Below, piece after piece: positions 19,875 through 29,016 of a DNA stretch of 64,000 bases. Within the stretch, counting starts at the first letter, position 1, and every line of letters starts with the position of its first letter. The notes under the pieces were generated by a model. The model was given only the letters and a program-made list of their open reading frames with translations. It made no database searches and was not told the DNA's origin. This DNA comes from Desulfatiglandales bacterium (GTDB lineage Bacteria; Desulfobacterota; DSM-4660; Desulfatiglandales; HGW-15). The DNA is taken from contig CAXXJJ010000003.1 of assembly GCA_963667015.2 (NCBI GenBank), forward strand, positions 1 to 64,000, read 5' to 3'. The position numbers and the translations under genes are program-made.

Positions 19875-20177
19875 CTATGTTATAGCGATAATGGTCAGTA
19901 TAAGAATAAATGAAAAGGTCATCAATAAAGCCGACCTTTGTATCGTGCTATTAAATTTTTCATTCGACATGCGGTATTTTTCAAGCCGTTGCCTTCCCAT
20001 CAAGAAAAGTATTATAGCAAACATCACCGTACCAATTGAAAAAAGCGGCATTATATTAAGATACATGTGTAAAATTAGTGAGTAGATTAAAACGGTTGAT
20101 GTCATCAATATCATGAATGCTGATAATAGAAACCATACAATAGCTACATATTTATTATCTGAATTTAATTCGATCAT
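19875..20177 (-). CDS. Small three-TM membrane protein (cassette gene)
   Basis: GAGGAGG RBS; three hydrophobic stretches; bounded by complementary GTTATACC / GGTATAAC core sites. Confidence 0.7.
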   Translation of the reverse strand: MIELNSDNKYVAIVWFLLSAFMILMTSTVLIYSLILHMYLNIMPLFSIGTVMFAIILFLMGRQRLEKYRMSNEKFNSTIQRSALLMTFSFILILTIIAIT

Positions 20178-20204
20178 CGTTCCTCCTCATTTATATGCAT
20201 TTGG

Positions 20205-20335
20205 GTATAACCCCAAATAACCAGACGGGCGGTTTATAATTATTGATACTTGCAAATATCAATTGTTACTATGATGCACTCAACTTCGATCTGGCAAGAG
20301 AGTAGCCCGGTCTGAGTTGATTTGGATGGGGTACC
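20205..20335 (-). repeat. attC site, R'' end decayed
   Basis: Minus strand CCAAATCAACTCAGACCGGGC ... GCCCGTCTGGTTATTTGG-G-GTTATAC. Confidence 0.65.
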
Positions 20336-20602
20336 ACACCAACCGAATGGAGTTACAAGAATAAGGAAAAAGAGCAGTACACAAAAAATGTGATTTTTCA
20401 GTCAGGCTTTCATCTAATCCTCTTCTCTTGCTTTTTTCCACTTATTTCTTTAGTATACTTATATACAAATTACGAAACAAATCAATGACTTTATCAATTT
20501 AAAAAGTAAGAGGACACAGCCTTATAAACAAAATGAGAATTTATTAAAACTTTTGGCTGAAACATAAGAGTTAATTTATTTTCACTACACTTGGAGGAAA
20601 CT

Positions 20603-21070
20603 ATGCGAAAAATATTTTTTATTCTTATTATTTTAGCTTTTCCCGGATCTCTTTGGGCTTCTGACCCAATCGTTGGCAAATGGAAAACCAATCTTGAGAA
20701 ATCAAGTTTTCCAGCCGATCAACAGGGGATAAAAGAGGATACAAATACATACCGAGAAATCGAAGGAGACCAAATTGAGTTATCTATTAAAACCATTAAT
20801 CCGGATGGCTCTCTATATACAGCTTTATGGACATGGCCTAAACAGGGAGGATATGCCAAGGTCCTTTCCAGAACTCTCGAAGAAGGAATTGTGTATGTTC
20901 AAACATTAATAGAACCAGGTCACTGGTGTGTAAACATCATGAAGGACGGTATGCAAATTGCCCGATATCATAAAGTTGTCAGCAAGGATGGTAAAACCAT
21001 GAAACAGACCTTGACAGGGAGTAAAGATGGAAAACCTATTTATATAATGAAGGTGCTTGAAAGACAATAG
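20603..21070 (+). CDS. Secreted beta-barrel (lipocalin-like) hypothetical protein
   Basis: GGAGG RBS, signal peptide, DPIVGKWK.N.EKS and VVSKDGKTM motifs. Confidence 0.75.
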   Translation: MRKIFFILIILAFPGSLWASDPIVGKWKTNLEKSSFPADQQGIKEDTNTYREIEGDQIELSIKTINPDGSLYTALWTWPKQGGYAKVLSRTLEEGIVYVQTLIEPGHWCVNIMKDGMQIARYHKVVSKDGKTMKQTLTGSKDGKPIYIMKVLERQ

Positions 21071-21146
21071 CAGTTTTGTCTGAAATCAATATTATAAAAC
21101 AGGATATTGGATCGGGATTATCTTTAAAAAAAATAAGGAGAAATTT

Positions 21147-22634
21147 ATGAGGAAGACCTTAATTGTTGTATGGATCTTTGCCATTGTTTGTGTAACGGCC
21201 TTTCTGGCAGTGGCGTGCAAATCCAAAACACCCATCACGGCATTGTTAAAAATTGACAGCGGATATATCGCCGGTACGGTAATAAGCGACAATCCGGTTT
21301 ATATATTTCGCGGTATTCCCTATGCCACTCCCCCTGTAGGCGATTTGCGGTGGAAACCGCCTCAACAGGTTAAACCATGGTCAGGTATCCGGGAGTGCAC
21401 CGATTTTGGTCTAACACCGTCCCAGGACATGGCCGGTTCCATGGGAGAATCACAAACGCAGATAGGCGAGGACTGCCTGTATCTGAATGTACAGACGCCG
21501 GCTAAAAACACCTCTGATAAATTTCCGGTAATGGTCTGGTTCCATGGCGGTTGTTATCATATGGGAAGCGGCAATAGTCTTGACTCCAACTCCCCGGCGT
21601 TACCCGAGCATGATATTGTCTTAGTCTCAGTCACTCACAGGTTAGGAGTAATGGGCCTTATGGCTGCATCGGAACTATCCGGCGAGTCACCGGACAATGC
21701 TTCAGGGAATTATATGGTTCTGGATCTTATCGAGTCCCTGAAATGGATAAAAAGGAACATCGCTGCTTTTGGCGGCGATCCGAATAATGTCACCATCGCT
21801 GGTTTTTCCGGAGGAGGTGGAAAAGTTATAGGCATGCTTGCCTCTCCTTTGGCAAAGGGGCTTTTTCACAAGGCCATCATTGAGAGCGGCTCATTGTATA
21901 TGCTGTTTCCCGGAGCTCCCCTTAAAGACAATGAGGCTATAGGTGACCGGTTATTGGCCAAACTTGGCGTCAAAACACTGGCCGAAGCACGGGAGCTTGA
22001 TTGGAAGACCATAGAGAAGGCAAACAGCGAACTTGGGAGGGAGCTGAATTCGTTTACTCCGGCCGGTCCCGTATGGAACTACACAGTGGATGGGCACGTA
22101 TTTCCGGAATCTCATGATAAAGTCATAAGGGAAGGTAATCACAATGCTGTTCCCATGTTGGGGATGGCCAATTACGGAGAAATATTCGGCACAAGGCCCA
22201 GTATGCTTCAGCAGATTCCTGCCTATATAGACATTTTCAACGGCAACAACATAAAAGGTGTTGGGAGTTATGCCTGTGTGTTTGGCCTAGTGCCGTCAGG
22301 ATGGAGAAAACTTGGTGGTACTACAGGCCATGGAAATGAGCTTCCCTATGTTTTTGGCTTCATCGACCTTCCCTGGGCCTGGAGTGAAATGCGTATTGGG
22401 TCGGCCTTCGGTCAAAAACGTCCTGACGGAATAACTACTGATGCAGGAGTAACAAATGAAGATATACAGGACGCTGATGAAGTGATGACCATCTGGGCCC
22501 AGTTCATGGAGACGGGAAATCCAAGTGTGAATAACCTGATAGACTGGCCGGCCTGGGATTCGGAAGGAGATAAATACGCGGACATAGGTTATCCGATCCA
22601 GATTAAATCAGGGTATTCTCAACTTGGCAAATAG
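21147..22634 (+). CDS. Type-B carboxylesterase, probable lipoprotein
   Basis: GIPYATPPVGDLRWKPP, EDCLYLNV, HGG, FGGDPNNVTIAGFSGGG, HGNELPYVFG; LAVAC lipobox. Confidence 0.92.
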   Translation: MRKTLIVVWIFAIVCVTAFLAVACKSKTPITALLKIDSGYIAGTVISDNPVYIFRGIPYATPPVGDLRWKPPQQVKPWSGIRECTDFGLTPSQDMAGSMGESQTQIGEDCLYLNVQTPAKNTSDKFPVMVWFHGGCYHMGSGNSLDSNSPALPEHDIVLVSVTHRLGVMGLMAASELSGESPDNASGNYMVLDLIESLKWIKRNIAAFGGDPNNVTIAGFSGGGGKVIGMLASPLAKGLFHKAIIESGSLYMLFPGAPLKDNEAIGDRLLAKLGVKTLAEARELDWKTIEKANSELGRELNSFTPAGPVWNYTVDGHVFPESHDKVIREGNHNAVPMLGMANYGEIFGTRPSMLQQIPAYIDIFNGNNIKGVGSYACVFGLVPSGWRKLGGTTGHGNELPYVFGFIDLPWAWSEMRIGSAFGQKRPDGITTDAGVTNEDIQDADEVMTIWAQFMETGNPSVNNLIDWPAWDSEGDKYADIGYPIQIKSGYSQLGK

Positions 22635-22702
22635 GTAAACACTAAGTCCCTTTTCAAGGATATTTTTTTCATTGACAGATTAAACATTTCACGAAATGAA
22701 CC

Positions 22703-23322
22703 ATGCTTATGAAGAGAAGAATATTTTTTACTGCGATACTGATAATGTTCATTGGCGGATTTAGTGCAGCCCGGCAGCCTGATACTGTCAAGGTGGAGGG
22801 TGGATTAGCACAGGGAACCTCAGAAGACGGATTGAAGGTTTACAAAGGCATCCCCTTTGCAGCGCCTCCGGTTGGTGATCTCCGGTGGAGTGCTCCTCAA
22901 CCCGCGGCAAAGTGGGATGGTGTGCTGAAAGTCGATAAGTTTGCTCCATCACCCGTTCAGGGCATGAGAATGGGGAATATGGGCGGTCAGGGGTCCGGAT
23001 CGAGCGAGGATTGCATTTACTTTAACATATGGAGCCTACGAAATCATCAAAGGACCGAATTCCGGTATTCATATTGATCTTTGGCGGCGGATTCAACATG
23101 GGATACACATATACTCCGGGATACAGCGGCGAAAATCTGGCAAAAAAAGTTGTTGTATTTGTCAGTATAGCCTACTGTGTTGGCCGGATCGGATTTTTTG
23201 CGCACCCGGAATTGACTGCCTAGAATCCCAATAAGTCTTCCGGTATTTACGGCCTGCTGGATATGATTGCAGGTCTTAAATGGATTCAGAAGAATATGGC
23301 CGCCTTTGGCGGCTATCCTCAA
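22703..23322 (+). pseudogene. Second type-B carboxylesterase, frameshifted and truncated
   Basis: GIPFAAPPVGDLRW, EDCIYFNIW, frameshift, in-frame stop, breaks off after NMAAFGG. Confidence 0.85.
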
Positions 23323-23540
23323 AAGGTTCTAAAGGAAAGATCACTCAGGAACTTATTGACTTGCACAGTACGTGGCGGCATTCGGGATTTAATGTGTTTT
23401 GCGGTGAAAGAATCCAGCCCGGGGATGAAAAGGCCATGAAGAACCTGGCCCGGTATATTGTACGGGCGTCATTCTCACAGGAGAGGATGACCTATTTCGG
23501 GAAGAGTCAAAGGTTGTATATCAGTCAAAGGACGGGAAAT
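23323..23540 (+). mobile_element. IS91-family (Y2) transposase fragment
   Basis: KGKIT...WRHSGFNVFCG.RI.PGD......LARYIVRASFSQERM. Confidence 0.75.
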
Positions 23541-23925
23541 CCTTGCTTGCTTGACTTCTTGACTTGACTTGATCTTGATAAGAACTTGATAAGAATTCCC
23601 TTTTTGAGGAACAAAGTATATGACGTCAGGCTTTGTACGTCAATGGAAAATCGCCCCATCATATTGTATATGCGGAAGTGCGGTCAAAACCTGCAATCAC
23701 TGCTATGTATCTCAAGGAAATGAATTTTTGTGATATCTTGAGGATATCTCAAGTTTATACTTCTTGCCATAGTCTTTAAAATAGTGAAAGTTGAGATTCC
23801 GAATATAAATAAAAAAATCAATGCTGTTTTTTAGAGTTTTTATTTAGTTTTTTTGCCATTCTTTCTGCTTTACCAAGATGTCAAGAGTGAAGACGCGTCC
23901 CCCCCTTGTTTTTCCTGACTTTGCC

Positions 23926-24231
23926 TTACTTTTTATCTTTTTGGTTCATTACCTGATAACATGTAATTAGTATAAATAAAACATAAGCAATTCCGATAAA
24001 TTCAATAATTGACAATACATATATACAATTGGATGGAGAAGATATAAATATTGTCGTTGGCCCATCAGAACCACCGATAACTCCAGTTGAAATTGTATCT
24101 TCTCCAAGACTATAAATCGCATTAATAATCAAATTAAATATTGAAGTTTCTTGTAATACTACTTTCAACAGCAGAAATACACATATCGCGATACTGATTA
24201 CTATGTGAATTGATAGCTTATGGTTTTTCAT
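23926..24231 (-). CDS. Small membrane protein with IGGSDGPTTIF motif
   Basis: Two TM segments; motif resembles the GGADGPT signature of Na+-decarboxylase beta subunits; preceded by GTTAGCT. Confidence 0.6.
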   Translation of the reverse strand: MKNHKLSIHIVISIAICVFLLLKVVLQETSIFNLIINAIYSLGEDTISTGVIGGSDGPTTIFISSPSNCIYVLSIIEFIGIAYVLFILITCYQVMNQKDKK

Positions 24232-24623
24232 GTTTTTCTTCCTGCGCGAAGCGTCAAGCTAACAAGTTATTGAGCAGTTCTGTATATCTTTACAAATTGA
24301 ATGTTATACAGAAAGATTGTCATAAGGTTGATATTTAGACTACTTGCCATAGTTATAATTTACTCTGAGTTATAGAGTTTCAGCTTAAATCAATACACCG
24401 ATCGCAGTAAGACTGGAGCTACAAGATAAATGATATTTTTAAAGGTATATTAATAAGGTGCAATATTTATGTCGAAATCGTTAGAACATATTGTAGAGCG
24501 CAAAATATAATAGAGTTGTATAATTAATTATGCAAGTGGAATATAGGGTAAGTTTTTTAATAATATTTTAACCCGAGGCCGCTTGGTTTCTATGCTATCA
24601 TTATATCTCAACCATCCATCTAC

Positions 24624-24764
24624 TGTGCCCAAATTGTGCCCGTCAAGACCAAAAAGTTTCAAATATTTCCAAACAAAACCAAAAATACAAAGAAAAACAA
24701 TAGTTAATTCAATAGGTTGAAATTACATGAATTTTCATTTTTTTCAAAATCGGACTGAAAATCC
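24624..24764 (+). other. Genomic-island end (att) with tRNA-Phe-like core
   Basis: Tandem arm-like repeat TGTGCCC-AAAT-TGTGCCC (24624-24641), AT-rich spacer, then CGGACTGAAAATCC (24751-24764). Confidence 0.65.
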
Positions 24765-25245
24765 TGCTGCCCGGCCAAGGCCGCTCAGGTGATCCCTGTT
24801 ATGGAAATGGCCCAGTTCATGGGCAATAACAAAGGCCAGCTCAATTTCATTGTCCAGCGTTTCAAGTAAGCCGGTTATCAGGCCTGTGGTTCCACCAGGC
24901 ATGGCAAACGCATTGGGTCTTTTTTCTTTTAACAGCAGAAACCTGTAATCGATTGGCGGAAGACCAGGACTGGATTTGAGTTTATCCGGTATCCCATGCG
25001 CCATTGTCATACCCTGATCTTCATTTTATTGTCTATTTTGGAAAGTTGGTCCAGGTTGTTAAATCTGAAGAGTTTACATTCTGTCTGGATAGAAATTCCT
25101 GGTACAATGAGGTCAACAGCAAATCCAGTTAAAGAGAACAGGGCGACTATCAACAGCACTGCGGATATTGCAAGCTTCCAGATACCAGGCCATAGTGTTC
25201 CACAATCCTTTTCCCGGGGACTTCTTCAATGTTAGTAAGAATCAT
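24752..25245 (-). pseudogene. Collapsed YbjQ-like / M48 metallopeptidase locus
   Basis: MILTNIEEVPGKRIVEHYGLVSGS (YbjQ-like start) abuts M48 pieces PNAFAMPGG...ELAFVIAHELGH...RDH, cut at the att core. Confidence 0.75.
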
Positions 25246-25304
25246 AATTGCCTACTCTTAAAGATAAAATTAAAATACTGTTTATAAAAATAGTATCAAT
25301 GCAG

Positions 25305-25817
25305 TTATGAACTGCGATGTGATGAACTGAAATACCCGGTCATTTCCTTTTCAAATTTGATTTTATCAGAAATATCAACAAGCTTAAATTCAATAGCGCC
25401 ACTTGGACAGGTGGCTGCACAAACCGGTTCTTCTCCTCTATTAATCCTGTGCAGACAAAAATTACACTTTTGCATTTTCCCATTACTGTCATATTGGGGG
25501 GCCTTTACAGGACATGCATCAAAACAAAGTCTGCATCCTGAACATAGGTCCTGATCAACATTTACTATTCCATTTGAATCTTTTCCTATGGCCTCTTCCG
25601 GACATGCCTTCATGCATTCCGGATCTATACAATGCATGCATGAACTGCTGAGGTTGACACTTTTTACTTCCGGGTAAGTTCCATACCAGAGTGTCTTCAC
25701 CTGCCGCCAGGAACATCCTCTCTCAACGTTGTTATGAATCTTGCAGGCGGTTACGCAGGCATAACAAAGTACACATTTACCGGGATCAAAGCTTAAGCAG
25801 TATTCTTTTGATGACAT
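25305..25817 (-). CDS. 4Fe-4S dicluster protein (DmsB-like)
   Basis: CVLCYACVTAC, CMHCIDPECMKACP, CSGCRLCFDACP, KCNFC...PVCAATCP. Confidence 0.92.
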   Translation of the reverse strand: MSSKEYCLSFDPGKCVLCYACVTACKIHNNVERGCSWRQVKTLWYGTYPEVKSVNLSSSCMHCIDPECMKACPEEAIGKDSNGIVNVDQDLCSGCRLCFDACPVKAPQYDSNGKMQKCNFCLHRINRGEEPVCAATCPSGAIEFKLVDISDKIKFEKEMTGYFSSSHRSS

Positions 25818-25853
25818 TTTTATGGTACATCCTGTTTTTTTAAAAGCCAAGAA

Positions 25854-25948
25854 TGAACCGCAAAGGCGCTAAGAACGCAAAGATTTACTTTTTAACTTTA
25901 AAAAAATTAAATAAGTTTTCTTGGCGCCCCTTGCGCCTTTGCGGTTCA
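25854..25948. repeat. REP-like intergenic inverted repeat
   Basis: 16-bp perfect IR TGAACCGCAAAGGCGC / GCGCCTTTGCGGTTCA. Confidence 0.8.
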
Positions 25949-25981
25949 GTTTTAAGTTTACTGTCCACTGTATTCTGTTTA

Positions 25982-28144
25982 CTATTTCCTTATTTCTTTT
26001 CTGACCTGTACAAGGGTCTGGCTGGCCATTGCAGTTACAAGCGGATCAAATGCCTTTTTTCTGTCAACACTGTACATGATATTTGTATTAGCCCCTCCAT
26101 CAATCAGAGGGTAGGATGACAGTCCCAGTTCGTCACATCCCTGCCACCAGCCGTGGAGAGCCATGACTGTATCAGGCCTGATGCCCGAAATTATTTCTGC
26201 CCTGAGTTTAAGATACCCATGGGGTGATTCCACGATTACCCAGTCTCCATCTTCTACTCCTCTTTCCTTTGCAGTGTCTGGATGGATCTGGAGAGTAGGG
26301 TAGGGCATGATTTCTCTCAGGACTGGAACATTTCGAAGCCATGATGCATTGTACACCTTTGATGTATGAAAATCCGAGAAAATGAGAGGATAGTCATTAA
26401 GAAGCTTCGGGGTGCCTGTAATGCTCTCCGGGGGTTCATGCCACTCGGGCATGGGACTGTAACCGGCCTTTTCAAAATGAGTGTTGTACAGGGCGACTTT
26501 CTTCTGAGGAAGGAATAAATCCTGCGACAGACTCGTGCTTTGGGTAGAAAATATCCTTTCATATTTTTCATATTCCATTTTCCTCACTGGATATTCAATG
26601 CCCCTTGGATGCTTTCTCAATTCATCTATTGTTATGCCCAGTGGTGAAAGCTGGTCATTCATACATAAATTGATATCTCCGTTCCAGAAATCATCTTCGT
26701 ATCCCATCCTGCAGCCCAGTTCGATCCAGAATTCATATATGGATTTATATTCTCCGAGAGGCTCTATTACCCTTTCGGGAGCCATTATCCAGTTTATGCT
26801 GGCCTCAAAGGGATGATCGATCTCATAAGGGGTGGCAACAGGTATGACAATGTCGGCATAATTCATTTCTGCTGTCTGCATGACATCAATAACAACAAAG
26901 AAATCCAGTTTTTTTAATGCCTCGATTACCCTCTTTGTTCCACGGTTGCTTACTGTCGGCTGGGTACCGGGTGCTATAACTGTCCTGATCGGGTATGGTT
27001 TTTCTGTGAGAATGCTGTCAAATATCCTGTAATAGGCAGAGGATGTGCCTTCCAAAAAGGGTTGAAACTCTCCGGGAAATTCCGGGGCAACAAGTTTATC
27101 AACCCATTCACTGGTATACCTTTCCCTCAGGTGAACTGATTTAGGCCGAGGCATCTCGCTTCCTGCAGGAACAATATTCCCGCCAGGACGATCAAAATGT
27201 CCTGTAATGGCTATTAATATCGCTATGGCTCTTGCTGCATCACTGGCAGATCTCGCATGTTCAAGACCGTTGCCGTAGTCAATAGCCGCCTTTGTTGTAG
27301 TGGCATACTCACTGGCGATTTCCTTTATCACTTCTGCCGGCACACCGGTAATAGACTCTCCCCATTCGGGAGGATATTGCTGTATATGTTTTTGCAGTTC
27401 CTCAAATCCATAGCAGTATATGGAAACGAATTCTTTGTCATACAGATCATTATTTATCACATGGTTGAGCATCGAAAGGGCAAGGGCGGCATCAGTGCCA
27501 GGTCGGACAGGTATCCATTTATCAGCCAGGGCTGCATCCGGCTCCATGGTTGGCTTGATGGAAAATATTTTGGCTCCTCTTTCTCTTGATTCTATAAGAG
27601 ACCTTGTTCCGCCTTTGCTTGATCCTGAATAGACAGGCTGTTTTCCCCAGATAAGTATAAGGTCACTGTTCGGGTAATCAGCAAAGGGCATTAATGCCCC
27701 CAGTGTATGTGCAAAAGAAAAGGCATTTTGGAGTGCGCAAATTCCGCTGTGCCCGTAGTTGGGGCTTCCGTGAACCATGAGAAACCGATAGAGGTATTCG
27801 CTGTAGCTTCTTCTGGCAGGGGATAAAATTGCCAGGGATTCAGGGCCGTATTTTTCCTTTTGTTCGGAGAGTTTTGCCGCAATAAGATCGAGGGCCTGAT
27901 CCCATGTTATCTTCTCAAACTTACCTTCTCCCTTTATTCCTGTTCTTTTAAGGGGATGTTTAAGTCTCTGGGGGGAGTATACCCACTGCGGAGCAGCATG
28001 GGCCTTGGGGCAGAGGCGTCCCCTGTTGACAGGGGATTCTTTCATGCCCTCAACGCGGATGAATCTTTCGTTTTCAACAACAGCGTAGACACCGCATCCT
28101 GGTCCGGGACCGCACATGGCGCAGAATGTGGGGATTTTTCTCAT
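25982..28144 (-). CDS. Mo/W-bis-PGD oxidoreductase catalytic subunit (DMSO reductase family), cytoplasmic
   Basis: CAMC....GC...LCPK cluster motif, RLKHPLKR, VRPGTDAALAL, IHPDTAKERG; no Tat signal. Confidence 0.92.
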   Translation of the reverse strand: MRKIPTFCAMCGPGPGCGVYAVVENERFIRVEGMKESPVNRGRLCPKAHAAPQWVYSPQRLKHPLKRTGIKGEGKFEKITWDQALDLIAAKLSEQKEKYGPESLAILSPARRSYSEYLYRFLMVHGSPNYGHSGICALQNAFSFAHTLGALMPFADYPNSDLILIWGKQPVYSGSSKGGTRSLIESRERGAKIFSIKPTMEPDAALADKWIPVRPGTDAALALSMLNHVINNDLYDKEFVSIYCYGFEELQKHIQQYPPEWGESITGVPAEVIKEIASEYATTTKAAIDYGNGLEHARSASDAARAIAILIAITGHFDRPGGNIVPAGSEMPRPKSVHLRERYTSEWVDKLVAPEFPGEFQPFLEGTSSAYYRIFDSILTEKPYPIRTVIAPGTQPTVSNRGTKRVIEALKKLDFFVVIDVMQTAEMNYADIVIPVATPYEIDHPFEASINWIMAPERVIEPLGEYKSIYEFWIELGCRMGYEDDFWNGDINLCMNDQLSPLGITIDELRKHPRGIEYPVRKMEYEKYERIFSTQSTSLSQDLFLPQKKVALYNTHFEKAGYSPMPEWHEPPESITGTPKLLNDYPLIFSDFHTSKVYNASWLRNVPVLREIMPYPTLQIHPDTAKERGVEDGDWVIVESPHGYLKLRAEIISGIRPDTVMALHGWWQGCDELGLSSYPLIDGGANTNIMYSVDRKKAFDPLVTAMASQTLVQVRKEIRK

Positions 28145-28758
28145 ACCGGTTTCAACTCACACTTTGAGGATGACGGCATTGTATAAAGCCATTTGCCTGT
28201 CTGTTCTGCAATAATGAGTTTGTTATCCAGGTTCTCACGCCTTGCAGGCAGCATATCCACTACATCAAATCCGCAGGTCATGAGTATTCGATCAAGATTC
28301 ATGCAGCATGATGTTGTACCGTTTCCGCTTCCCCCGGCATAACATATACCCATTGCTATTGGTCCTATATCATTATTGAAAGGGCCGTGCTTTGGCGCAT
28401 TGGGATTAAGAGGCTGCCTTGGAATCCTTGATCTGACCCTTCGCAGCCTGTCGAGAAATGCCCTCATGCTCTCACTCAGGTCTCCGAAGTATACAGGAGT
28501 CGCAAATACAGTTACATCGGAGTTGCTGATTTTTTCTTCTATAGACGTGAAATCATCATGCAAAACACATCTGTCATTATCCCTGCAGTCACCCCAGCCA
28601 TCTTTTTCACACTGCCTGCACACCTTTATATCCATATTGGGAAGAAAAAGAACCTCTGTTTCTCCTCCACTGCTTTCCACACCTTTGCAAAGGGCATTAA
28701 TAAGCATGGCTGTTCTTCCTTCGGGATTTCTACTTCCTGAGATGATTAATGTTTTCAT
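28141..28758 (-). CDS. Flavodoxin-fold iron-sulfur flavoprotein
   Basis: ISGSRNPEGRT, CRQC...C....C, ATPVYFG, FLDRL. Confidence 0.88.
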   Translation of the reverse strand: MKTLIISGSRNPEGRTAMLINALCKGVESSGGETEVLFLPNMDIKVCRQCEKDGWGDCRDNDRCVLHDDFTSIEEKISNSDVTVFATPVYFGDLSESMRAFLDRLRRVRSRIPRQPLNPNAPKHGPFNNDIGPIAMGICYAGGSGNGTTSCCMNLDRILMTCGFDVVDMLPARRENLDNKLIIAEQTGKWLYTMPSSSKCELKPV

Positions 28759-28799
28759 GTGGATGCCTCCAAAATATAGTGAAGCAGACTAAAAGATTA

Positions 28800-28972
28800 T
28801 CTCTCGCCCGTTCCCTTCGGTCACTAGAGCCCGCAGAGAACACAGAGAAAAGCTATTTGTTTTTGGTTTAAAAAATAAAACGTTTTCTTGCCCTGTTAAA
28901 TGCTGCTTCGCAGCCCGTTATACGGATTTAACAGGGTGAATTTTCCTCTGCGGACTCTGCGGCTCTGCGAGA
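28800..28972. repeat. Nested REP-like palindromic element
   Basis: Outer arms TCTCGC..AGAGCCCGCAGAG / CTCTGCGGCTCTGCGAGA with inner IR CCCTGTTAAAT / ATTTAACAGGG. Confidence 0.65.
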
Positions 28973-29016
28973 TACATGTTTTTTCTTTGTGTTTTTATTA
29001 TTGTAGCAGTTGTATG

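Noticed and set aside
25853..26119. ORFs 25853-26119 and 28900-29139
   Set aside because: They are translations of REP-like palindromes and the antisense of real genes.
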